63,497 nucleotides of DNA, filler included, from Craspedostauros australis (GCA_030167865.1; 11 parts of 11 records of this genome joined end to end with filler, not necessarily neighbours in it); one strand, 5' to 3'; positions 1-10,711 are shown, counted from the whole stretch's first letter. Numbers and translations are program-made. The notes: generated by a model from the letters alone, not told the origin.

Positions 1-109
1 CTTGGATGGCGCGGTCAATCTCCTCGTCCACGTTCACTCCATTTATTTCTATTTCGTTCTCGTCTGTGTCCGCTTCGGTTGTTATGCCTTCGTCGTAATT
101 GGTATCCTC

Positions 110-408
110 TGCTGATACGATGGTGTGCAATGATCAATGTTGTGAATTAGTATTTATGAGGAGCTGCATTGGTTGTTGCAGGTGTTTCGTCTCCTCCTGA
201 TCCACCGCGGTGATCGCGGTGATGTGCGGCCTTGCGGCGTCTTTCTACTCGGATCCACGGATTGTGTTCCTTGTCCTGGCCTGTTCCTGCTGTTCCTTCA
301 CCTTCGGCGAGGCTCGCCGAAGGCCGGGTTTGGAATGTGACGTGGTCCGGGTCAGGAAGCGTTTGGATGGTTGCACTTTGTCGTGACTGACTGGGGACTG
401 GATTGGCA
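110..408 (-). repeat. 3' LTR (299 bp)
   Basis: Direct repeat of 5355-5653. Preceded on the minus strand by the short purine-rich GCGAGGGTG (PPT-like). Confidence 0.97.
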
Positions 409-3400
409 CACCCTCGCGGAACACCTTGCATGCTTCGTAGTGCATTTTTGGCGCTGTCGGCGGTAGGTTTAAGATAGACGCCCCTCATGAGTCGATGATG
501 AGAGGTGGGGTGATGCTTGGTGAAGTAGTCAGCTAAGTTCTGGCCGCCCGGCGCCCAGTAGACGACAAACTGTCCTTGTTGGATGCGGTCGCGGACCCAG
601 TAGAAGCGCATGTCCATTGCTCGAGTGCGACGTTGCTTCATGGTGCCGTTGACGACGCCAGTGGCAGTGGAGTTGTCGGTCTTGACCGGGGTGGGTGGTT
701 GGGGATGGCCCATCTCGTTGAGCACAGTGCGGATGGCTGCTGCCTCGGTGCAGTTGTAGTACAGGGCACCGACTTCTGCCTCCGCTGCGGATGCCATGAC
801 GTGCGTCATGCGGTTGCACACGGTGAGGACAGCGCCGTTGTTGGGGACCGGCCGGCCTGGTGCAGCTCTCGGGTTGGTGGAGGGCTCGCCCATGTAGAGA
901 TGGCCTCCTGCGCGGCTTCGGGCCTTGGGTAGGCTCATGTAGGACGCGTCGCTGTCGACATGTAGCACCATGGAACTGCTGTGATACACGATGGTGGCGT
1001 TGGGATGTGTTGCTGCATAGTCCAGGAGCCGGTTCACCGCACGCTGCGTGTTCTCGGTCGCGTGGGCTTGCTGGGTAGCGATGTCGTGGATCGCTGGCAG
1101 CATGGTGGGATCGACTGCTCTCGCGTAGTACAAGAACGTGCCAACCACCTGTCGCATGCGCTCGATGTCCTCGGGCGGGAGTTTCGCAGACTTGTCTTCC
1201 GGTGTGGGTGCCTGTGAGGAGGAGCCGTACATCGGAGTGGCGCAATGAGCTGGCGAGTGCTGCGGTTTGTCGGGAGGCGGGTGCTGGAACTTGTGGAGCG
1301 CCTTCGCGACGTAGTTGGGCATGGACAGCTCGACAGTGCGAGCCAAGTAGTCCCACTTGAGGCGGATCCCACAGTAGAGATCTCCGGACCACTCTATGGT
1401 GATCTTGTAGATGGATTCCAAGGCTTTGATGAGATGCCGAGCATGTTCCTCACCGACGTATTTCACGCCGAAGTCGTCAACGACGAGCGTGAAGGAGATG
1501 GGTCGTTGGTCGTGGACCCAAAGTCCTGGGGTGTGTTGAACTGGACGATACCCGTACTTTGCCAAGTGCTTGGTGAGCTTCTGATTTGCGATGCGGCCTG
1601 CTTGTGGCAGCCCATACATTCCCTTTTGAATCTCCACGTACACTTGGCCGTTGTCAGCTTTCGCCGCGAGTTGGTACTGTTGGACGATCTCATCGGGCAT
1701 GAGGGAGAGGGGCATGCGCATGTACTCGAACCGCTCCATCTCTGTGTTCAAGTAGAAATCTTTGATGTCGATGGTCATGTACTTGGCATACGGCGTGGAG
1801 ACGACACTGTTGAGATGGCACTTAACTGCTGTGAGTTCGGCGGTTGGTGTGTGCACCTCAAAAGGGTATTCGACGAGATTTCCGCCGACGGTCAGTCGTG
1901 TGCGATGGGTCTCGGCCTTCTGAGGGCGCACAGCGCAGACGATGCGCCCGTAGGTGGGCTTGCGGTCGTTCGGCATTTGTTGGCGCTTGATGAAACGGAT
2001 GGTGTTGGTGGCTCGTTCCGCGGTGACGCGAGTTCCCACCCCTTGCGCAAGACGTCCGATCTCGTTGGCAAAGGACTTCTTCCACACGTCGGGGTCATGG
2101 CCGTGCACCTTCCCGGAGACGAGATGCCGGTACTCGTAAGACTTGCCAGTGGCCTCGTCGATGACAGCGTTGGCCTGTGCTGGGTTGCCCCATCGTCGCC
2201 GCTCGATCGCTCCAGTCGCCAGGCGCGTGCTGCGTCCTGGTGGGACAGCAATGTCAGGTTCAGTTGGCGCAGGCATAGCTCCGGTGGCAGGGCTGCGGGG
2301 TTCGTCGGGGACAAGGTTGCCGGCTGGCGCGTCGGGTGCAGTGGCCGCCAGTGGGGCCGTAGGCACCCTCGGAAGTTGGCGCCTGCTGGTGGTTTCGATT
2401 TCGCCGGGCTCGTATGGCACCCTCGGAGGTAGGCGTGTCGGGGGCGGTACCGGCGTCGTGGGAGGCGCTGGTGTGTCGGCAATTGGCACGGGCATGGTCG
2501 TCGGGCCGATGACTGGGGCCGCCGGTTGCGGTGGTGCGCGGGGCACGTTGCCTCGCAGTGGGGCAGCACGTGAGAAGATGGCAGATAGCTGACGGATGGC
2601 ATCAAGCTGTGCGTCGCCGATCTGCGTTTGGGTGGCCTGTGGCTGCTGGAGTGCGCTGGCTAGGTCAGAGGCGGCGGCGATGGCCGCTTCTGCCGTGGAC
2701 AGGAAAGGCAGAGTGCAGTGTGCTGGTTGCAGTTCAACGGTGTCGGTGATGCGGACACCTCGTGTCTTCGGGTTGTACACTTTGTAACACCGGTAATGCT
2801 CCAGAGCGGGCTCGACGTACCAGCAGGAGACGGCATGGGGTGCCCACGTCGCTCGCGCCTGTGGCTTGATGTGGACGATGGCCTTGGTGCCAGGCGGCGC
2901 CATAGGCGTGGCATCAAAGTTGTAGGAGCCGTAAATGATTTGGTATGCAGAGACATGCGGGTTGACACGCGAGGCGCGCATCATGTTGAGCGTCATATCG
3001 CACTGTGGCAAGAGTCGGCACCACAGGGTTAATGGAAAAGCGGCATCTGCCGTGGCGAGACCTGCGATGAAATGGTCTTTCCACGTGGAGATGGCCCGCT
3101 CAGCCGCGTTGCGTCGATGGATACCTGGAGGCACCAGCTGGTAGTCAAGGCCCTTGGACTGGATGAGCGTCCTGAGAGCAGACGGTGCTTCGTTGTCGAG
3201 TTTGTGAAGCTTCGGTCGCAGGCCGCGGGCAATGAGGAGATCGAGGAGCTCTCCGCAAGCGGTGGTGAGTTCTTTGGACGATCGGTTGCGCATGGGCCTG
3301 GATAGGATGGCGTTGCTGTCGTAGTCGTACAACACCATGATGTATCGGAACCCTCGACTGGACTGCACCGGGAACGCTCCGGTCTGGTCGGTGTATACCT

Positions 3401-4145
3401 TGCCAGTGGGCTCGAACACGGATGTGAAGATATCATGTGTGCGTTCCGTGGTGCCGACGGGCTCGGCAGCGGCCTGCATTGCTCGTCCTTTGGTGGAGCG
3501 TGAGTTCTGGTACTGTTGGCGCATGTGGCCGTGCAATGTGGCAGCGGACGGTGGGAGGTGCTGGCGCACCAATCCTTCCGTCAATCCAGGCCAAGTTGCA
3601 AAGAATCCCTTCTGTATTGCCACGGCCCACGTCGAAACGTTGGGGCTGAAGCAGCACTGATGGTAATACTTGATGAGGTCTGACTTGGATCGAAGGATGG
3701 AGGCGCGGTTGGCTTGACCCAGCGGTGGTTCGATGCCGACGCAGTACATTCCAGTGGCAGGATCATTGTGGCCGGAGAGCACTACTCGGTTGTCGTGGAT
3801 GACGCGGACGGCGCTGGCGTCAAATTCCACCTTTGCACCGGCCGCACAGATCTGTCGGACAGATAGAAGTGGGCGGCCGGCCAGATCGGGGAGAATTCGT
3901 GCCGTGCGGGCGCTGTCGGGGAGCGATGGTAGATGGATTTGGGCTACCTGTGTGGACGCGATGGTTTCGCCGTTGGGGAGGCGGACGCGCATCGGGTCAG
4001 GATCTGGCCGTGCATGTTGGCACGGGTCTTGCGGACGAAGAAAGTGGTGCGAGCAGCCTGAATCAATGATGGCTAGGGCAGACGTCGATGGAAAGGTGCG
4101 TACTAAAGTATTAGCCTGTCCAGTGGTTGGCGCCTGCCGTGGCGG
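147..4145 (-). CDS. pol: Copia Pol (PR-IN-RT-RNase H), in frame with gag after one TGA
   Basis: Protease IIDSGCSHHF lies upstream of the called Met at 3992. Integrase motifs YTDQTG, LDNE, NAAERAI. RT motifs KGMYGLPQAG, LVVDDFGV. RNase H motifs DSDAS, AEAE, TDNST, NLADYFTK. The stop lies inside the 3' LTR. Confidence 0.93.
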   Translation of the reverse strand, partial: PPRQAPTTGQANTLVRTFPSTSALAIIDSGCSHHFLRPQDPCQHARPDPDPMRVRLPNGETIASTQVAQIHLPSLPDSARTARILPDLAGRPLLSVRQICAAGAKVEFDASAVRVIHDNRVVLSGHNDPATGMYCVGIEPPLGQANRASILRSKSDLIKYYHQCCFSPNVSTWAVAIQKGFFATWPGLTEGLVRQHLPPSAATLHGHMRQQYQNSRSTKGRAMQAAAEPVGTTERTHDIFTSVFEPTGKVYTDQTGAFPVQSSRGFRYIMVLYDYDSNAILSRPMRNRSSKELTTACGELLDLLIARGLRPKLHKLDNEAPSALRTLIQSKGLDYQLVPPGIHRRNAAERAISTWKDHFIAGLATADAAFPLTLWCRLLPQCDMTLNMMRASRVNPHVSAYQIIYGSYNFDATPMAPPGTKAIVHIKPQARATWAPHAVSCWYVEPALEHYRCYKVYNPKTRGVRITDTVELQPAHCTLPFLSTAEAAIAAASDLASALQQPQATQTQIGDAQLDAIRQLSAIFSRAAPLRGNVPRAPPQPAAPVIGPTTMPVPIADTPAPPTTPVPPPTRLPPRVPYEPGEIETTSRRQLPRVPTAPLAATAPDAPAGNLVPDEPRSPATGAMPAPTEPDIAVPPGRSTRLATGAIERRRWGNPAQANAVIDEATGKSYEYRHLVSGKVHGHDPDVWKKSFANEIGRLAQGVGTRVTAERATNTIRFIKRQQMPNDRKPTYGRIVCAVRPQKAETHRTRLTVGGNLVEYPFEVHTPTAELTAVKCHLNSVVSTPYAKYMTIDIKDFYLNTEMERFEYMRMPLSLMPDEIVQQYQLAAKADNGQVYVEIQKGMYGLPQAGRIANQKLTKHLAKYGYRPVQHTPGLWVHDQRPISFTLVVDDFGVKYVGEEHARHLIKALESIYKITIEWSGDLYCGIRLKWDYLARTVELSMPNYVAKALHKFQHPPPDKPQHSPAHCATPMYGSSSQAPTPEDKSAKLPPEDIERMRQVVGTFLYYARAVDPTMLPAIHDIATQQAHATENTQRAVNRLLDYAATHPNATIVYHSSSMVLHVDSDASYMSLPKARSRAGGHLYMGEPSTNPRAAPGRPVPNNGAVLTVCNRMTHVMASAAEAEVGALYYNCTEAAAIRTVLNEMGHPQPPTPVKTDNSTATGVVNGTMKQRRTRAMDMRFYWVRDRIQQGQFVVYWAPGGQNLADYFTKHHPTSHHRLMRGVYLKPTADSAKNALRSMQGVPRGCANPVPSQSRQSATIQTLPDPDHVTFQTRPSASLAEGEGTAGTGQDKEHNPWIRVERRRKAAHHRDHRGGSGGDETPATTNAAPHKY

Positions 4146-5306
4146 TCAGGCCGTCGCGCCCTTGGCGGATCCTCCCAAGGTGTTGGCGGCAGTGGCCTCC
4201 TTCTGATGGCCGTGGGCAGGGTTACGGCACGTGGCGCTGTTGTGGCCGGTCGCGACGCGATGCCCATGGGTCCAGCAATACTCGCCGTTGGTCTGGCGTG
4301 CGGAGCGGACTTGCTTGGCGCTCTTCGCTTCTGCCTGCAGGCGTGCGATGGCGGCATTGGCTTCAGCGAGCTGCGCTGTCAGTGCTGCGTTGGTGCTAGT
4401 GAGGAGGGCCACCGCGTTACGGTCGGCGGCTGTGGCCTGCGCGAGGTTGGCAAGGGCTTCGGCCGTCATGCTGTCGTCGGGAGGTGGCTCCTCGCCTTGA
4501 GCATGGTTGGCTTGGAATCCCTGCTGCCCGGTGGTGACTCGGGAGTTCACCATCTCCTGGTACGCATCGGCAAAGAAGGTCTTGAACTCGGACCAGGTCT
4601 TCTGGGCTTGCGGGCGCATACGCCACTCACGGCAGGTTTCGACGAACTGGTTGGTGTCAAAGATGAGGGCATATGCGCGGGAGACGACCTGTGCGGAGGT
4701 GTAGGGTACTCCTGCTGCGTTGGCAACTTCCATGGCATCCTCCACTTGGTCCACGAGGACCTCGAATGGTTGTTCAGTGTTGAATGGTGTGCGGAAACGG
4801 GTGTCGTTGGCCTCCATGTCGATTGGAGTGAGCTTCCCATAGGTGTCGTACAAGTGCGTCAGGATGTCGAAGGTGGATACGTTGGTGTATCCCACCACAC
4901 GGTGACGGAGAGTCCTGTAGAACATCTCGCCGAAACACGCAAGGACCTGCTGCTTGAGGGCCTGTTCCATGACGAGCATCTCTCTCCAGAGCTCGGTGGC
5001 TTCTTCGTGTTCTTTCTGATGTTGTCGGATCTGGGCCTGTGTGCCATTGGGCATGGCGACGTAGGGACCAGGGTTCGCGGGCATGGCGAAGTCGATGTCT
5101 CCGGAGAGTGCGTTGTACTCTGCATTGGAGACAGTGAGAGCAAGCCATCCCAGGCTGCCATTGCCGAGGGGGCAGTGGACAGACGCTGCGTTGGCGTTGA
5201 GCTGGAGGTGGACAGCGGCGATATCCTCGTATTGAGGCGTACCGTGAACCACGGGAATCGTTGGGTGTGGGAACCCGTCGGTGTATCGCTCAAGAGATCG
5301 GACCAT
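4146..5306 (-). CDS. gag: Copia Gag (386 aa)
   Basis: ORF starts 48 nt after the 5' LTR. C-terminal Cys/His knuckle YCWTHG...HNSATC...H. Confidence 0.9.
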   Translation of the reverse strand: MVRSLERYTDGFPHPTIPVVHGTPQYEDIAAVHLQLNANAASVHCPLGNGSLGWLALTVSNAEYNALSGDIDFAMPANPGPYVAMPNGTQAQIRQHQKEHEEATELWREMLVMEQALKQQVLACFGEMFYRTLRHRVVGYTNVSTFDILTHLYDTYGKLTPIDMEANDTRFRTPFNTEQPFEVLVDQVEDAMEVANAAGVPYTSAQVVSRAYALIFDTNQFVETCREWRMRPQAQKTWSEFKTFFADAYQEMVNSRVTTGQQGFQANHAQGEEPPPDDSMTAEALANLAQATAADRNAVALLTSTNAALTAQLAEANAAIARLQAEAKSAKQVRSARQTNGEYCWTHGHRVATGHNSATCRNPAHGHQKEATAANTLGGSAKGATA

Positions 5307-5354
5307 GGTGGACGATGGTGTGGCTCTCGAGAGCGTGCGATACTAATTCACAAC

Positions 5355-5653
5355 TGCTGATACGATGGTGTGCAATGATCAATGTTGTGAATTAGTATTT
5401 ATGAGGAGCTGCATTGGTTGTTGCAGGTGTTTCGTCTCCTCCTGATCCACCGCGGTGATCGCGGTGATGTGCGGCCTTGCGGCGTCTTTCTACTCGGATC
5501 CACGGATTGTGTTCCTTGTCCTGGCCTGTTCCTGCTGTTCCTTCACCTTCGGCGAGGCTCGCCGAAGGCCGGGTTTGGAATGTGACGTGGTCCGGGTCAG
5601 GAAGCGTTTGGATGGTTGCACTTTGTCGTGACTGACTGGGGACTGGATTGGCA
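5355..5653 (-). repeat. 5' LTR (299 bp)
   Basis: Direct repeat of 110-408. Begins TGCCAATCC and ends TATCAGCA on the minus strand. Confidence 0.97.
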
Positions 5654-5900
5654 TCCTCCTCGTTGTCGTGAGTGCGGCCGCCTTTCTCTTTATTCTTGGA
5701 TGGAGAGAGTTCTCGGTTGATCAACTCTTCGTGGTCGATCGTAGATCCGTAGTAGCCATGCACTCCCGAAGTGTACTCGGCTGTCTCCTCCCTGATCCAC
5801 TCGTAGTCGTTGAATGGTGTTCCGCTGTCAAAGTCGGAGACATCATCATTGTCAGTTGTCACGAGTATCCATCGTGTAGTTTCCCGTGGTCACATTATTG

Positions 5901-6034
5901 TTTTGTTGTTCGCGATTTCGGTGATGACCACGAATTTCGCGCTGGTCACATTTTTGATGTCGACCGCGTTTTTGTTGTTCGCAGTTTCGGTGGTGACCAC
6001 AAATTTCGTGTTGGTCACATTTTTGATGTCGGCC
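5901..6034. repeat. ~2 copies of a 69-bp tandem repeat
   Basis: tttgttgttcgc at 5902 and 5971; tggtcacatttttgatgtcg at 5943 and 6012. Confidence 0.8.
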
Positions 6035-6851
6035 ACATTTTCGTTGATGGCCGCGCACATCAACTCGTCAATGATGAGAGCGATGTCATCCATCCCGTCA
6101 ATCGCGACGTTGGTCGACTCAGCCTCCTGCATCGCGGCCTTTGTTTGTCATCGCGGTTGCTCTCACTCTTGGCATCACCGCTATTCTTGCTTTTGCCTTT
6201 CATTGGCAAGCGTTGATCCGTCATCTCACTGTCGTGGGCATCACGGTGAGGACAGTTGGTCCCAAACCGATCGATCCGTAGTCAGCGTTTTCTCACTCTC
6301 ACTGTTGTTGCCTCGTGCGCGCTTATAACCGATTTTGATACGGTGGCGGTCGTAGATGAGGCTCATGCTTTGCGGATTTCTTGAGTCGTCGTTTTCTCCG
6401 ACGGCGAGGATACCTCCTGTTCCTCGACTTTCGTCTCGAGCGTGGGATCGAAGCGCGGTCGGACCTCCCGTCCACCTTGTTGCAGCACTGTCCCTTCTCA
6501 TCGAAGCACACACTTCCTGTGTTGCTATTTTTATTGTTGTCGCCAATTCATGGCTGGTAGGTTACATCCTTANNNNNNNNNNNNNNNNNNNNNNNNNNNN
6601 NNNNNNNNNNNNNNNNNNNNNNNNNNNCGATGGCCAACAGCGCCATGTGATCATCTCGGTGCTTCCATTGCTGCTCCTCGATTGCATCTCGTTGAGCTCC
6701 TTCAGCTATCTCGCCTTCATGGCGCAGTCTGCTGAGTCTGATGCGTCCGAGAGTGTGGCCAGCTGCGTTCGAATCTCTTCTTGCGAGCAGCTTGCTCTCG
6801 TGCTCCAACCTAGCCGTGAAGGTCTCCGTGCCTTCCTCGACTTCATGGTCC

Positions 6852-6951
6852 NNNNNNNNNNNNNNNNNNNNNNNNNNNNNNNNNNNNNNNNNNNNTTAAT
6901 TAATTAANNNNNNNNNNNNNNNNNNNNNNNNNNNNNNNNNNNNNNNNNNNN
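6852..6951. other. Artificial contig linker (also 10612-10711, 12596-12695, 14996-15095, 22843-22942, 26437-26536, 34891-34990, 40477-40576, 60516-60615, 61916-62015)
   Basis: Identical 44N-TTAATTAATTAA-44N block with stops in all six frames. Confidence 0.98.
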
Positions 6952-9900
6952 GGTTCCACGTGGATGTAACCTGAAGCATGGTCTACGAAGATGGCTCCTC
7001 CCTTGTGCATGTCGGTTGGGTCGCCTTTTCCTCGTCCTGAGAAGAGGCGTCCTGGTGTGCGTCCGATGAAGTGGTCAACGGATACTTGTTGGCCAGGGAA
7101 CAGGTGATCGGTGCGTAGGGCTCCTTGTCTGTCACGGACAACATGCTGAGTTATACCTGGTGATGGGCGTCGGTGCAGTTTTCCGAACTGACACGCAGCG
7201 CAGAGGGGGAGGCTCATCACTTTGGCAGCTGCCGTGTGCATCTTCTTTGATGCTTCGGACCCTGTGAGCACACCCGATCGCAATAGGAACTTCACTCGAC
7301 CGAAGGATAAGTGTCCGAGGCGATAATGCCATCGAAGGAGTTCTTTTTGCGGTTCGGATATATTCACGTTGTGTTCCGAGACAGTTGAGACGATTGAGGA
7401 GAGTGCCGATGGAAGGTCGTGGATGTTGTCCGAGCCATATCCAGTTGAGGTGGGGAGCTTCGTCGTCTTCTTGTAGATCGCGATGATTGCGTTTCGGTTG
7501 TCGCTTCCCTTAATTCCGCTGAGTTTGCAGGAGGTCTTGTCAAAGGTGATGGTCTCACCAGGGTATTCTTCCAAGAGGCTTGACGTGCTGATGAGCTTGA
7601 CGCGTGATTGAGGCACATGGAAGGCGGGTAGTCGTAGCGTACGCGGGCTGCCCGTCACATCCAGAACGTGCCACTCCACAGTCCCGAGCGCTTTCACTTG
7701 GATCTTTTTCAGGAATCCATTGAGAAAAGTCGGTTTTGGAGGAGCGTTTGGGGTATCGCAAAAATCGTTGATGTCGTTGGTGACAGAGATGGATGCCCCG
7801 CTGTCCCACACAAGCTCAAAAGGTTCACTGGGGGACAGATAACCTTCGGCCTTTTGGGGGGAGGCGAAAGCGTGACGATTAGTGAAAAAGGAGGCAAGGC
7901 CATGGAGAGTCAGGAGATTTTCGAATGAAGTGGAGCACGCTGTAGTTTCGCGTTCACCAGTCGTGAGGTCGAATTTGGGGTAGAGACGCCAAAATTCATG
8001 TGAGAGGGGTTGACCTCCAAATGTGGGATGGTGGTGCCGGTCGGTCACGCAAGGCGATCCTTGAGGTGGTGAATAGTGTCTTTTGCCATAAGTGGGTGGC
8101 TTGGTTGACAGTTTCGGACCACCTCGGTTGGGACGCCTTGGTTTCGATTTGTGAGTTTTGGTTCGGGTTCGGCGAACCCAACGACGCTTGTTTTGTTTTG
8201 GCGTCCGGTCGGACGTTTTGGTCCGCTCGATCATCACATCATGAAGACTGCGCGTTACAGCTTCATTGAAGCGGGTTGGACGAACTCGGTGTCGCTGGGT
8301 TTCTTCCTTGATCCTCGCCTTTGAGTAGGTCAGATCGTTGGAGCGGAGAGTGTGTGGCCTTCGCGGGACGTTGGTGTGTAGTAGTACCAGCGTGATGGCT
8401 GTGATCATCCAAACGTTTGCCGCTGCGATATACCATCCATGTTCAACTCCCAGTGCGATGACTTGAAGCGTTGCGAAGAACAGGATTACGCCAATGGTTC
8501 CATTGAGATAGTTGAAGGAGGTGAAGAGGTTCCAGACTAGAGACCACCAGGTGTCTTCGTCCTGACTGGCTGCGGCGGTGAAGCACGTCCAAGCTGCCAT
8601 GTCGATTTCGAGGTTATCAGTTTTGGGGTTCGCCTTGCCGGTTGCCTTAGGTTTGAAGTTGTCCTGGTGACTCTCTGTGTTGTGCGAGAGGCGCCATCGG
8701 CGACACTTGGCACACCACATGAAGGTCTTGTCGTTGACGAGCTTGCGCTGTGGCTCCCCGGGCTTGGGTGGCGTGGAAGACCACCCACGATTGGAGTTAC
8801 GATTGCCGTCGTGTTCTCTGCCCTTTTTGGCTGGCACCTTCGTTCCGTTCTTCTTGGTGAACCCTCTGTGTTGTTCGAGGACGTTAGCGCTGTGCTTGTT
8901 CGTGGCGTTGTTCGCGTACGAAGTTCTAGGAACACCGGTATCCCTGACGCGTCGAGTGGCATGCCAGCGGTCCCCGCGTACCTCGTTGTCGTACGAGGAC
9001 TGTGCCTTGTTGCAAATCGCCATCCACGTGAGGTCCTTGGCGGCCAGCTTTGGCAAGGCGTGCTCGTACGTGAATACAGGGAGACGCATGAGGATCTTCT
9101 CAAGGTCATCCTTCATCACATAGAGAGGACGTCGGTACTGTTCACCGGAGAGGCTCTTCCCTCCCGCTTGGAGGAAGGCGTCAAGGATGTTGCGGAGGAG
9201 ACGGAGGTCGAAGCGACCGGCGTCGTCGAGGCGTTTGCAGAGCGAACGGAGATGGACGGCCATGGATCCCACGTTGTCACCAGCAAACTGGTGGCTTCGA
9301 ACGGAGCGAATGCGATCCGTGATCATGTCTTGCTCATCCAGCGAGTTGGCCGTGATGCTGTTCATGAACTCGATGAAGAGCGTGATGAAGTTGTTGTGGT
9401 ACGTCGGCTCGATACGGTTCATCAGCTGGTCTTCGAGGGTTGGATCAAGGCTGTCACGGAAGAAGGCTGCGGCCGTCCAGTTGTTCTGGACGTCGTAGTG
9501 GTCCCATCTTGGACTGTACTCATCGAAGTGCCTTGTGGCGTCCTCAAGAGTGAAGGAAGCCGGAGCATCGAGAACACAGGTCATCTTGGATGTGGCCGTG
9601 TCGTTGGAGATGTAGGCCATGGTGATGAGTCCGGTCTTGGACAGGTGATTGCGCACAAGGCGAACGAACTGCTGAATGCTGTTCCCTTTCTTGAACTTGT
9701 CAGTTAACCCAGTTTCGCGCTTGGATTGGTTGGTGGAGTCCGCCCCGTTGTGAAGGATTCTCTGCTGTTGGGAGTTCGTCCACATGGTCTGGGATTCGTC
9801 TTCGAGGCCCGTCCAGGTTGAGTTCGGTGCTCCTCCTGTCCAGGGGACCCAGTTGCGGCCTTGCAGGCGGAGGCCTCCCATGATGGGGGCCGTGGGCTTG

Positions 9901-10238
9901 CCGGAGAGGTCGGGGTCTCCATCTTCGCTTTCACTGCCGGGATCGTTCTTCCTTTTGGTCGCTGGCGTCTCAATGTCACCAAAGAGACTCCCGCTTAGGA
10001 AGGAGGGGTTGAGGTCATCACGGGTTGTCGTCCCGGCTCCGCCTGGGTTGAGACCGGCGCGGAGAGGGGTGGCGCTGGTTCCCGACGCTGTTTGCGTGGT
10101 TGCCGCTGCCACCCTTGCAGCTTCTGCAGCTGTTTCGGCTGCGATTGCGGCCTGTGTGAGGCGCGTATTCTCAGTGGTGAGCGCTTGGAGCTGCGCTTGC
10201 AGCTCTTCCAGCGTGAGGGGGTTAGCCTCATCCGCCAT
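6952..10238 (-). mobile_element. Second, unrelated copia gag-pol ORF (gag, PR, pre-integrase Zn finger, start of integrase), truncated by contig end
   Basis: Knuckle WCAKCRRW..SHNTESH, protease WDSGASISVT, Zn finger WHYRLGH...CAACQFGK, integrase VSVDHF. Confidence 0.9.
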
Positions 10239-10711
10239 GGTGGATGGCGTGGGCTTCAGAGAGGTCTTCGGACTTCACGGATCGATCTTTCTTGCGTCCT
10301 GCTGATTTCGCTTGGTCTCACTTCTTGGAAGGTGTGCACTGAGACTCGGCGAAAGCTCTTGAGGAGGCAAGCGCTTGGTGTTCAAGCGGTTGGGTTGCTT
10401 GCTTGGCAGAGGCTGCTGTCAGGTGACACTGTCGGTCACTGGCAGGTGGGACTTTTGTCTTGGGTTGCTCGGTTTTCGAGCGATGGCGTCTGACGATGAT
10501 TCAGATGCATTCGGATGAAGACCCTGAGGTCTTGCTTGAGTTGGGTTGCTCGGTTTGCGAGCTGCGCCTTTTGGCTTGGTCTCTGAGAGACCGTGCGAGC
10601 GGTTGGCAGAGNNNNNNNNNNNNNNNNNNNNNNNNNNNNNNNNNNNNNNNNNNNNTTAATTAATTAANNNNNNNNNNNNNNNNNNNNNNNNNNNNNNNNN
10701 NNNNNNNNNNN

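Larger units (their letters stand above)
110..5653 (-). mobile_element. Full-length Ty1/copia LTR retrotransposon (diatom CoDi-like), very recent insertion
   Basis: Two 299-bp LTRs (110-408, 5355-5653), identical on manual comparison, with TG...CA termini on the minus strand. 5-bp TSD TCCTC at 105-109 and 5654-5658. Domain order gag-PR-IN-RT-RH. Confidence 0.97.

Noticed and set aside
5392..5862. Independent 156-aa gene sharing the Pol C-terminus
   Set aside because: The identity comes from the LTR duplication; the ORF is an insertion-generated chimera.
6896..6907. TTAATTAATTAA blocks as piggyBac TTAA target sites or a biological repeat
   Set aside because: Always centred in identical 44N flanks, so an assembly linker. 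ORFs ending in X...LIN are artefacts of it.
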